Origin: Harriotta raleighana
Taxonomy: Eukaryota
Direction of reading: 5' to 3'
DNA: 64,000 nucleotides
NCBI GenBank assembly: GCA_050575255.1
Contig: JBNZDD010013686.1
Coordinates: forward strand, 1,188,000-1,251,999
The notes beneath the pieces were generated by a model. The model had not been told where the DNA came from. It ran no database searches and saw only the letters and a program-made list of their open reading frames with translations. This document shows, one piece after another, positions 54,041 through 64,000 of this stretch. Numbering within the stretch: position 1 is the first letter of the stretch; each line of letters begins with the position of its first letter. The position numbers and the translations under genes were made by a program.

Positions 54041-54631
54041 TTATTATAGCACCCAGGTTGATTATATTTACTGAGGTTTAGAGAATGATTCCTTTACTAA
54101 ATTGCAAGCATCTTGTTCGGCAACCACCTGTGCAAGTGACATCACTAGCTACGAAAGAACGAATGGAAAAAAACCATGTCAATTCACATCCCTGAGAGAC
54201 AGTCCCCACTGACACCAAACTGTTCTGTTGCTTTGCTTTTTAATATGAACTTAATGTGAAAGTTTTAATTGCATTATAACAGCTGTTAACCACAAAGCCT
54301 TAAAATCAAAGATTAAGCAGGTACAACTCCTAGTTGGAGCATTAGTTCACACCATTTATTGTTAATTATTCACAGTGACACCACAAAACATACTCAGAGA
54401 ACCCACATGAGGTGATAATTTCTAGAAGCATCAAACCCTTTTGTGCAATTTACACTTAATCATATGCCCAGAACAGCCAGGAAACTAAGATAACATTTGC
54501 TTAACTCCTTATACTAGTATCATTTACATACAGCATTTAAAATTGAATGTAATTTGCCTCTTGTAGAAGCAACTCCCTTTATTTAATGGAGTTGAAAAAT
54601 GTGCTAATGGTTACTATGAATGTTACTTTAC

Positions 54632-54921
54632 AGTCCTGCAGCTCAGTGGTTAGAGCACTCGCCTCGCAAACGAGAGACCTACAGGTCAAAGCCTTGGGAA
54701 AATTTCCTTACTCCACAAGCCTGATAATAATCCATCAAGAAAAAAAATAGTAAATTGGTCACTTCAATCCACAACTATTTGTGAGAAACTTCTGTGCGCT
54801 ATTAGGTACTGTGTTTTGACCACAAATACACAGTCAATTCATGCCAGAGTATATTCTGTGAAGCGCTTTGAGATGTCTCAAAGACATAAAAAGCACTATA
54901 TCAAATGCAAGGATTATTATT
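54632..54921 (+). mobile_element. tRNA-derived SINE (B box deleted)
   Basis: Head CAGCTCAGTGGTTAGAGCACTCGCC, shared body and tail. Confidence 0.85.
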
Positions 54922-55757
54922 TTTGCGTAATAAAACGTCATATTTTTCAGACAATGTTACTGAACTTATTAAAGTTTATTAAATCTTATTAAGATTACTA
55001 CAATATCTGGAATGAGAGTCATTGTTCCACTACTAGTTAATAAGCATGAACTCTTTCTCTTTCTCTAGACTATAACTGGAAGATCCTGTGAATGTGTGGT
55101 TGATCCCCTTTGGACAACAATACCACAATGGCAACTGCTTTATAAATATTCACATGTATTTAAATAGTTACCTGCCATTTATTATTCAAAGGTATAGGAA
55201 ACAAGTTTACAGAACTGCATGCAACACATGCTTGTTATTGAACTGACATAGAACGGCATATTTATTCTGTGCACATAATCCATCCCAACAAAACTACTGA
55301 CACCTAATCTATGGTCAGACGACTCCCTGAAATGCCTGCCCGTAAGCATTATGGAGTGTTAGGAGTACAATGAATCCTAAACTTTCTATAAGTGCCTGCG
55401 AAATGAAGAATTACAGGTTCTCACAATGATCAAAGTCAAAAAAAAGAGGCGCACCCGTGAACATTCTTATTCCTGCAACCTCTTCATCAACCACATGACA
55501 AGAGAGGGTAAAATGCTGACTCCACCCAAATACAGGGACAATGCTGCTTTGCCCTGCAGAAATGTCCCCACGATAAATGTTGTTCAGCGCAACAATTATC
55601 TTTTTCATTATTAGGCATATCACACAATATTTGTGTACATCGAGAAGGGAGTTGAATAAAATACTTTCACGCTTCCTCTTTGGCAAAGACAGAACAAGGT
55701 TGGCAATGCATTGAAAACACATTTTCTGTGACGCTATGCCGTTATTGTGCATGCAGT

Positions 55758-56022
55758 GGAGCCCTGTAGCTCAGTGGTTAGGTCACTTGCTTTACAAGCA
55801 AAAGACTTGGGTTCATTTCCAGGCAAGTTAGGGAAGGTTCCTTACTCCACACTCCTCATAATAATCTCTCAAAAAAACAATAATAATTTGGTTATTTCAA
55901 TCCATGACTGTTTGTAGGACACTGCTGTGCGCAATTCACTTTACAGTATAATCTGTGAAGTGCTTTGAGACATCTTGATGACCTGAAAAGCACCATATCA
56001 AATGCAAAGATTATTATTATTA
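55758..56022 (+). mobile_element. tRNA-derived SINE, internally deleted
   Basis: GGAGCCCTGTAGCTCAGTGGTTAG...GGTTCATTTCC head, (ATT)n tail. Confidence 0.85.
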
Positions 56023-56351
56023 TGCTATCACTTGAATCTCAGGTGCATATTGCTCTTATTAATAATCATCTTTGCATTTAATATACCTCCTTTCACATCA
56101 TGTGGTGTGGGCTCAAAGTGCTTTCATTCAGCTACCATACATGGAAAACACAGAAAATACACCAAAAATACATGTGATTGTTGAGAGAAAGGCCTCTCCA
56201 TTGCCCTAAGATAACTGCACCTCGTAGGTGTAAGTTTAATTGGCAACCTCATGGTTGCAGCTACCTTGGTGAAGCTCTGTTGTACCCTATCATTATCTGC
56301 CAGCAGATTCTCCAGAATTTAATGCTGACACACTGTATGTTATAAGTAGCT

Positions 56352-56587
56352 AACAAAACACAAAATACTACAGATGCTGGGTGTCTGAAAACAACACAGA
56401 AGTTGCTGGGGAAACTCAGCAGGTCAGGCAGCATCCATGGAGAAAGGAAAGTGAGTCAACGTTTTGGGTCCACGACCCTTCGTCAGAACGCTTCACGTCA
56501 TGGACCCGAAACGTTGACTCACTTTCCTTTCTCCATGGATGCTGCCTGACTTGCTGAGTTTCTCCAGCACTTCTGTGTTTTTTTTGT
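56352..56587. mobile_element. Non-autonomous Penelope-like fold-back element (inverted terminal-repeat pair) with hammerhead-like core
   Basis: Inverted arms 56393-56476 and 56497-56579 (4 mismatches plus 1 indel). Flanked by a 14-bp direct repeat TGTTATAAGTAGCT / TGTTGTAAGTAGCT (56338-56351, 56588-56601). Penelope assignment is inferred from structure and the hammerhead motif. Confidence 0.75.
56455..56489 (-). ncRNA. Minimal type I hammerhead ribozyme-like motif, probably inactive (G12->A)
   Basis: Minus strand reads GUU CUGACGA A GGGUC GUG GACCC AAAAC GUU GAC: CUGANGA box, 5-bp stem II, GAAA box mutated to AAAA (the sister arm keeps GAAAC), palindromic ACGU stem III, stem I GUU/GAC. Confidence 0.55.
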
Positions 56588-57279
56588 TGTTGTAAGTAGC
56601 TTTCCTATTAAATAGTCTTTGTCATCTGGTGTAAAGTATCCCACTCAAGAACCTTTTCTTGCTATTGTGCAGCTCATATTAAAATCTATTTCAAATCTGC
56701 ATGAGGTTTGTCACACAAGATGCATATCAATAACATTGCACTTTTGTTATATTTATTAATAGTTTTCGTATACAGTACCCTGTTCTCATATATATATGAA
56801 GGTTGTAAAATATAGATGCAGCATGCACAAATAATGGAGTCTCTATTCAGAAGTGGTCTGTTACATGTATTGGAACCAGATGCGACTTTTCTTTAATATT
56901 TAACTGTTTTCTGTGAACCTTGTGCCTCTTGGCAGACTCTAGCTCAGCAATTGTGCAGCATCACAGAGGGACACATTATATTCTGGCCAAGCTAAGCAGA
57001 AACGCATCCTGTTTTTCTAAATACATTTCGCTCAGGTGCACAATAAAATAAATATTGACTATGCTTTTGTCGCTATAATTAAAAAGCTACCCAGCCTCTT
57101 ACAACATGACCTGGAGTGTGCACGAGTGGTAACAGCTTGTGCTTGTGGAATTGTAATTCACTTAATTCTGAAACTCTCATGGTCAATTGTGCAGCTCTAT
57201 AATCCTCACCTTCACCTATCTGAGAATTATAGAATAATAGATGAAAGGCAAAATAATACAAATACTGGAACTCTTGCTT

Positions 57280-57440
57280 TTAATCCATGACTGTTTGTTG
57301 GACACTGCTGCACGCAATTGGCTGCCACGTTTTGCCCACACAAATATACAGTCAATTCACTTTACGGTATATTCAGCAAAGCGCTTTGAGACGTCTAGAA
57401 GACGTGAAAAGTGCTATATCAAACGCAAGGATTATTATTC
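57280..57440 (+). mobile_element. 5'-truncated SINE
   Basis: Body and tail match the full-length copies; stem-loop intact. Confidence 0.85.
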
Positions 57441-57857
57441 TTATCATTATCTGCAATATGGTTCTCGTAAGGCGAGTACAATACATTATGTGCCATTGTC
57501 CTGCCTCATTCCAGGGGGTAAAGTGCCCAAGAAAAATAATTAGTTGTGTTTGCAACACAATCAATGCCCTGTATACTCCTCTGTAAAGCTGTTTCTGAAT
57601 TGGTTTAAACTTGTAGATGCTTGAGTGACTTTGATACAGGAGTGCCAATCATTCAAGCAAATCGCCCAAGGGCGAAAAAGCAAATGGTCCACCTTAGCAG
57701 GGCACTCCACCATTCAGTGCACTTTAAAATGACTTGTTGCCCTGATGATTAATACTGACACAATTGAATCAATTATGCCAAAAGCAACCCCGTGAGTGAA
57801 AAAAAAGGTGTGTGCTGATTAGTAAAATGACAAGAAATATATATGACCTTTCTTAGC

Positions 57858-58102
57858 ATCATGGAATCATGGAATTATACAGCACAAAAAGAGGCCACTC
57901 AGCCAACTGTGTCTGTGCTGGCTCTTTGAATAGAGCTGTGCAAATCAATCCCACTCCCCACTTCTCTTCCCCGCAAACTTGTTCTCCCCAAATCATTATC
58001 TACTTCTCTCTTAAAAGTTGTTATTCAATCAGCTTCCACCACGCTTTCAGACAATGCATTCCAGATCTGAATAACTTGCTGCATGAAAAAAATTCTCCTC
58101 AT
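57858..58102 (-). mobile_element. CR1 LINE 3' end
   Basis: (CATGGAAT)2 terminal repeat then TACAGCACAAAAAGAGGCCACTCAGCC. Confidence 0.75.
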
Positions 58103-58199
58103 AACAATATGACATTTATCCCACATCGTTTTTTAACACAAAGAATTCTGTAGAGTTTGAAAAAACTATGATACTACTAATCAACTTTATTTGGAGCTT

Positions 58200-58470
58200 T
58201 ATGTGGGTCTGTGAAACATATCTAAAGGTGGATTTCGAAGGCTAGGATAAAGGTAGCAAGGGAAAATGGTTTGGGAAGAGTTCCAGTAGCAAAGGCATAA
58301 TGGGTGAAAGCTCAACCAGTGATGTGGGAGCAAAGGGATTGAGGAATGAGCAATACAACAATTTGCATTTATGTAGCACCCCTTATGCGGGGTAACATCC
58401 GGGAGGGCTTCAGAGTTGCATAGACCAAACTTGGAAGAGCTGTGGGCACTGGAGAGAGAAAATGCCAAAT
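58200..58470 (-). mobile_element. Decayed L2 pieces including a reverse tail (58355-58410)
   Basis: GGGAAGAGTTCCAG and ACAACAATTTGCATTTATGTAGCACCCCTTATGC. Confidence 0.5.
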
Positions 58471-59554
58471 AACAAATGGTTACCTGAGGGTTTTATTTAG
58501 TTTCTAAATTAGTTTGGGAACTACAAAGAGATAATGTTAGATCGAAGTGCTCACAGTATTTCTGACATATACAGCATTTGATTCTATATACATTTGCCTT
58601 TACAAAATAACATTTAGTTTTAATCAATAATATTTTGTAACATGGTTCTAGACATTTATTTTATATGATCGGCCCTTCACAAATGCAACATATTACTAAA
58701 TGATATATAACAGATTGATTCGGTTGAGATCAATGTCAAAGATATATACAGTATATGAGAAAGAACACATTCCTAAAATGTGATTGCATTGTGCAAGAGC
58801 AAAGAAACAGCTCGCTGAAATCCAAATTTCGTATAATATAGGGAAATGGAACAATCAATTAACTCTACAGCAAGAGATTTTAGGTTCACAAAGTGACATG
58901 AATTTCTATCTAATATTGTCAGACCTGGACATAATAGTCCAATTCAGTTTCTTTGTACTTCATCTAAGGTGCAAAGCTGATACCCTGATCAAATTATCAA
59001 AGTTAATAAAAAAAATCCCACAAGCACTCATCAATTTATCTTGTGATATAAATACTGTTAACAATTTACAACCAATCTCAGACCTACACGTCAGACTAGG
59101 AAAATGAGACAGTCACTGACTCAACACTAGACAAGAACCCCAGAGGAGTGCTAATGACTTCAAAGACAAAACTGTCAGAATGCTAAAAACCCTTTTATCA
59201 ACCTATTTAGAGTAATCAGGCTGCCAAAGCAATTCCTCTGCTTTCATGACAACACAATGAAAATTGTTCTGTTTGAAAGGCAGTGATGGCTGGACTTCTA
59301 TAGATCTGTTCTGGGTAAATGACATGGAGAATCTTGCTTCATTATAGCAGTTTCTCAAAGATGGCTCAGAGATGTATGGTTAACACACATACAGATCTCT
59401 TAGCAAATATACTAAGTAAGCAATGGAGGATGGATTTTAATGTGAAAACGTACTATTTTACAAACTAGTAATTAATAGGATTGGTCAAAGCCAAAATAAT
59501 AGATAGATGTAAAGTTATGTAAGTTAATTCATTGTACACAATGAAGAGATATAA

Positions 59555-59815
59555 ATAATAATCCCTCCAAAAAAAAACACAATAATAAAATTGGTCATTT
59601 CAATCTATGACTGTTTGTGGGACACTGCTGTGTGCAATTGGCTGCCACATTCCGCCCACAAATATACAGTCAATTCACTTTACAGTATATTCTGTGAAGC
59701 GCTTTGGGACGTCGATAAGGTGTGAAAAGTGCTATATCAAATGTAAGTGGAAGTGGAAGTGAGTGACTTGCCTCTGGGTCAGAGTTTGGGGGAAGTGGAT
59801 TATTATTATTATTAT
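59555..59815 (+). mobile_element. 5'-truncated SINE with insertion in its tail
   Basis: Body and tail match; about 50 bp of foreign sequence between AATGTAAG and G(ATT)n. Confidence 0.85.
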
Positions 59816-60449
59816 ACCCAATTAAAAAGGTGGAAAAGGAAACAAAATACTTCAACCTATCAGTTCCCCAAATTCTTTTGCCAAGTCACTCACTTCCATG
59901 TACATGTTCAGTGAATTCAAGGGACAGTCTGATAAAAGTTACTTGAATTGTTGCATTTGGGTTAAAAGCTGAAGCTTGGATACAAAGTCATCATAATTGA
60001 AGTTCAGGAAATCTTAGAACCAAATGCTGCCCGAACTAAACGATTGATAGCAATAACCAAATTCCCCTGTGACACATTGCTCTCTTTGACTGGGTAATGA
60101 GCATGTTTGAGTTTAAAAAAAGACTGTTGATTTCCCCATTACAATTGAGAAGAATGGCAATTCCAGTTTATCACGAAAACCTTTCCTCTGTATCCCATAT
60201 ACCATTTAATATGACCCATCTCCCTTCACCTCACAAACCCTTTAACAGAACAATAGCTCTGTATGAGTCGAGGTTGCCATCGGAGGCTGTCTATGTATGA
60301 AATGCCAGAATAGAATTCTGCTCTATTCTCTCTTTTCTGCTCTCCAATAAAATAAAGCAAAGGAATGATGATAAAATATAGAACAACCTAAACAATCCTT
60401 AGAGCAAGGAGAAATACTCCACTAAAACTATTAAGCGTGTCATACAATA

Positions 60450-61020
60450 TTAATCCTTGCAATTTACAAGGCTTATTGTTTGTTAAAACATCTAAAACAT
60501 CTAACACTTTATGTTAATGTTACTGTAAAGTGACTATAGTGACTGTGTACTTATAGGGAAACACAGCAGCCAATTTCCACACAGTAAAATCTCACAAACA
60601 GAAGGAACAATTTTACTTGATGGATTGTTGCCTCAAGACTCTCCTCTTTGATGGACCCATTGGCAACTCCTAAACACCCTCCTTCCCCACCCTCCCCCTC
60701 CTGTCCTCAGCTTTGGTCTGAAGCAGTGACTGTCCAGCGCTTTGGGACGTCCTCCTGAAGTGAAAGGCGCTATACAAGTGTAATTTTGTTGTTGTTGTTG
60801 TTGGCCAGGATATTAGGAGAAACTCCCTTCTTTTTTCAATGAACAGGGAAATTACACCTCAGTTTAATGTCTCATCTGAAGGACAGCACCAGTGACAATG
60901 AAGTGCTCACCCAACTGAAGTGTCCGCCTGCGACCATGTGCTCGATGTCTCCAATTCATGATTTAAACCCCCAAACTCTGACCCAGAGGCACGTTCTACC
61001 AAAGGAGCCAAGCTGATCTT
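60450..61020 (-). mobile_element. Deu-domain SINE interrupted by a plus-strand L2 3' end (60631-60802)
   Basis: Reverse tail 60450-60630; reverse core/head 60803-61020 (CCTCAGTTTAATGTCTCATCTGAAGGACAGCAC); L2 3' UTR with (TTG)n between them. Confidence 0.7.
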
Positions 61021-61819
61021 TGTACCATTGGTAGAACTACGACAAGCCCAAGCCCATTGCTTCATGGTGCAGGGCCTCATTCCGAACAAGACACTGCTCA
61101 GGATAGTCTTTGACAAACAAACACTGAACAACACTACATTATAATGTTCCCTGAGAGCCAGTTCAGATTCTTACAAACATGTCTTGCCTGTCAGTCCTTG
61201 GTATCTGGAGAACATATTACTGACCCACACTGACACTTGGATCAGCGAAATCAGTGGACGTCTACAGGGAAAATTCTTTGCTAATGCCTCAGGGAAGGGT
61301 GGTGCACATGCTTGGTGTGTCTTTTCTGTGTGAAATACTGAGTCAATGCCTTGGAAGCGTATCACATATTTACATACAAGCAAAATGTAATCGAATAATA
61401 GACAAGCAACCTGGGTGCTTCCCTGACTGCAAAACAACAGCAGATCTGCAGTGTGCAGTAACACAAGTTACTGTTGTGTGCTGTCAGAAGCCAAGTTTTG
61501 AGGAGAAATTTCTATTTTAGAAAACTTAAACTCTGCACGGGAGAGAACAAGTTAAAAGATAGTTAATTTGCCGTGAGTTTAAACTTTCTTCCCATGTCTT
61601 ACATGTGGAATTTGAGTTTACTTCCTCAAATAATCCTTGTAAATTTGTGCATCATGCTGCGTGGCATTACTTCAAAATCCACGTTGACTATAGTTTATGA
61701 CATCTGTGCTCTTTGGACAAGCTTTGATAACTGTCTGAATAATTATTTTCCCCACTGCAAATGATAGGATTTTTACACCACTAGCTCATATCTCCCTCTG
61801 GGCTCAGTTTGCTGATCTC

Positions 61820-62490
61820 AGCCTCAGCATCTTCTTCGACCCTCAACTATTATTTCTATCTCATATCTATGCCATGACCTGCTCTGCCTTCCCTCACCTC
61901 TGCAACATTGCCCAGCTCTGCCACCGTCAGACAGTAGCTTGTCAGCCTTCCTAACTCATCCCTTCACTTGCTGCACATCATCCAGAACTCTGCAGCCCAC
62001 GTACTCTTGTGCACTAGGCTCCATGGACCCTATTACCCACATCTTCACCCAACTCCACTGGCATCCCATCTCACAGAGGACACAGTTCAAGATCCTGGTG
62101 CTAACCTTCAAAGCCCTTCATGGCCTCGCTCCCTCCTACCGCCACAAACTCCTAACCTCCAAACTACCACCTCCCTCTGCTCAGCAGGCTCCGGCCTGCT
62201 TTATGTCCCTGACTTCGCCCTCCAGACCATTGGTATGCAGGCCTTCAGCTACTCTACCCCCACCCTCTGGAACTTGATCTTGTAGTCTCTATGCCTGGCT
62301 CCATCCCTTGTCTCCTTCAAGACCCACATCAAGACCCTCCTTTTTGACTGTGCCTTCGATCAACCTGCACTCCATCCTCCCCATCTCCAAACCCCAGCTC
62401 AAGTCCGACATCCTGACTGTCTAGTGCCTGGGGAGGTCCACCCGACGCAAAAGGCATTATACAAATGTAATTTTTTGTTGCTGTTGTTGT
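61820..62490 (+). mobile_element. L2 LINE 3' end
   Basis: L2 ORF2 motifs LHIIQNSAAHVL and LHWHPISQRTQFKILVLTFKALHGLAPSY with frameshifts; (TTG)n tail. Confidence 0.9.
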
Positions 62491-64000
62491 ATTTACAGAC
62501 CTCTGAAAACTATTAACCAGTGCTTCACTTACTCTCTCAAATTTGCTTGAAGATCCTGGTGTACATAACCTGGCTGTCTAAGGATCATCAGGTGTTGAAT
62601 GGTTTCAAAACAACTCTTGTATTATTGAGCTATCGCTGAACTAAAAGGACTTGATATGGAATTTGTCCAGTCAAATAGAATAGCCAATTTCACTGCTTAA
62701 AGTGGATACTTGGCAGTGGATTTACCAGTGGGCAGAACTGACCAATTAAACTCAAAAGGTTTTGAACCGACAGTGTATTTCACCTGACAAAGTCCACTTT
62801 GAAATCACGACTGTTATTATCACATACCTTATCATGGAAACAACGTGGCCACGAAACAGCAGATTTATATAGATTTCCACTGAAAACGAGACCGATCTTT
62901 TCAAACAAAACATAGTGATTTCAATACTAGTGATACATTTTGACATGAAAATCCTCCCCAATTTACCACCTGCTGCACTGAGCACACATGTAACTCCACA
63001 ACACCATGGAGATAAGGGAAATGTTGAGCTCAATAATAAAGTGAAACAAAAAGTCAGAAATCACGCACTTTAAATAACATTGTGTGTTACACCTGTTGAG
63101 CCTATTCAACCAAATGGTTTCCAATGGTTCTTAATTGTCAGAGAGGTGTCTGATTGTTTATTTAAAACAAAGCAATTCATTTACACATAAATATTTCAGT
63201 CGTTGCAAGAACCTACAGAGCATAAGATTTTCCCACACCAACAATCTCTTGTTATTCCTTTCTTATATCTAAGAATGAAGATGGGGTTCATATTTCATAA
63301 TGTTCATTTCAAATATAAACTCATCCAGTTTCTGTTTAGAAAATGGAAAGCTGAACAGTCGCTTACAATTACTAAGATTTTCTTTGCTCAGCATCAGCAC
63401 AGCTGCCCATGACAAACACCACACTAAGATACCATTTTCCTTTCTCAGCAGGAGCTCTGGGAAAGCCGCTTACAGAACCTTGGGAATAACCACCCGACAC
63501 TGAGCGTCACATAAATAAAGTTTATGAAGCAAAATGTTTCTCACAAATCTCTTGGATGCAGAATATATTGCATGGTAGCAAACTGGGTACGGGTATGGAA
63601 ATGATCAGTAAAATGGCACACTCTTGTGTTCAAACAACAGAATAAGCTTCACACAGTTTACCACTTTGCTGGACACAATCAGAAAATATTCTAACAGCAA
63701 GTGGACCTTAAGTGGACATACATTTAAGATGGCCCATAATGTCAATTCTGGCCATACAAAAAAATTTTTGGACCCACAAAAACATTATTTTAAAAAAAGC
63801 TTGACAGTGAATATATCTTAAGGGATCATATCAAATGTGATCTCTCTCTCTCGGTCTCTTTCTAACTCCCATTACTTCAATTCAATACTGGATCGCATTC
63901 GCCTTGCAATAAAGAGTTTACGCATTACCATGAAGACTGCATCAATGCTAATGTAATTTTAAAGCTTTTACAATAAGATTAAATGATATACATTACCTAA

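Noticed and set aside
56393-56579. Long hairpin as a pre-miRNA
   Set aside because: TSD and related copies show it is a mobile element; no small-RNA evidence available.
57241-57648. Recurrent ORF peptides such as YSQFTLQYIL and KSAISNARIII
   Set aside because: Translations of the repeated SINE tail, not a gene family.
62781-63716. Same 7-aa string SKWTLSG in two ORFs on opposite strands
   Set aside because: DNA shares only AAGTGGAC and the flanks are unrelated; about one such match is expected among roughly 20,000 translated residues.
1-64000. CRISPR array or prokaryotic operon
   Set aside because: Repeats are dispersed retroposons without regular spacing; there are no long ORFs and the gene is spliced.

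Overview
Vertebrate genomic DNA, AT-rich and almost all intronic. The repeat content (tRNA/Deu-domain SINEs with L2-type tails, L2, CR1, Penelope-type termini) suggests a cartilaginous fish, possibly a chimaera; this is inference. The only clear protein-coding sequence is the first coding exon of a muscleblind-like gene on the minus strand (exon 22370->21489, CDS 21662->21489, 58 codons; MBNL3-like). I saw no further MBNL coding exon in 1-21488. A CpG-richer region at about 39.1-40.5 kb, with a YY1 motif and minus-strand splice donors, is a candidate promoter/first exon. A 68-nt candidate non-coding exon lies at 53835-53902. Most interesting: (1) short non-coding, TSD-flanked Penelope-like insertions carrying decayed minimal hammerhead ribozyme cores (56352-56587, 17541-17655); (2) the MBNL exon has circMbl-like architecture, with a dense YGCY cluster and a predicted 65-aa back-splice ORF; (3) three retroposon tail families share one covarying 3' stem-loop. 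All alignments and counts were done by eye, and repeat boundaries are approximate.
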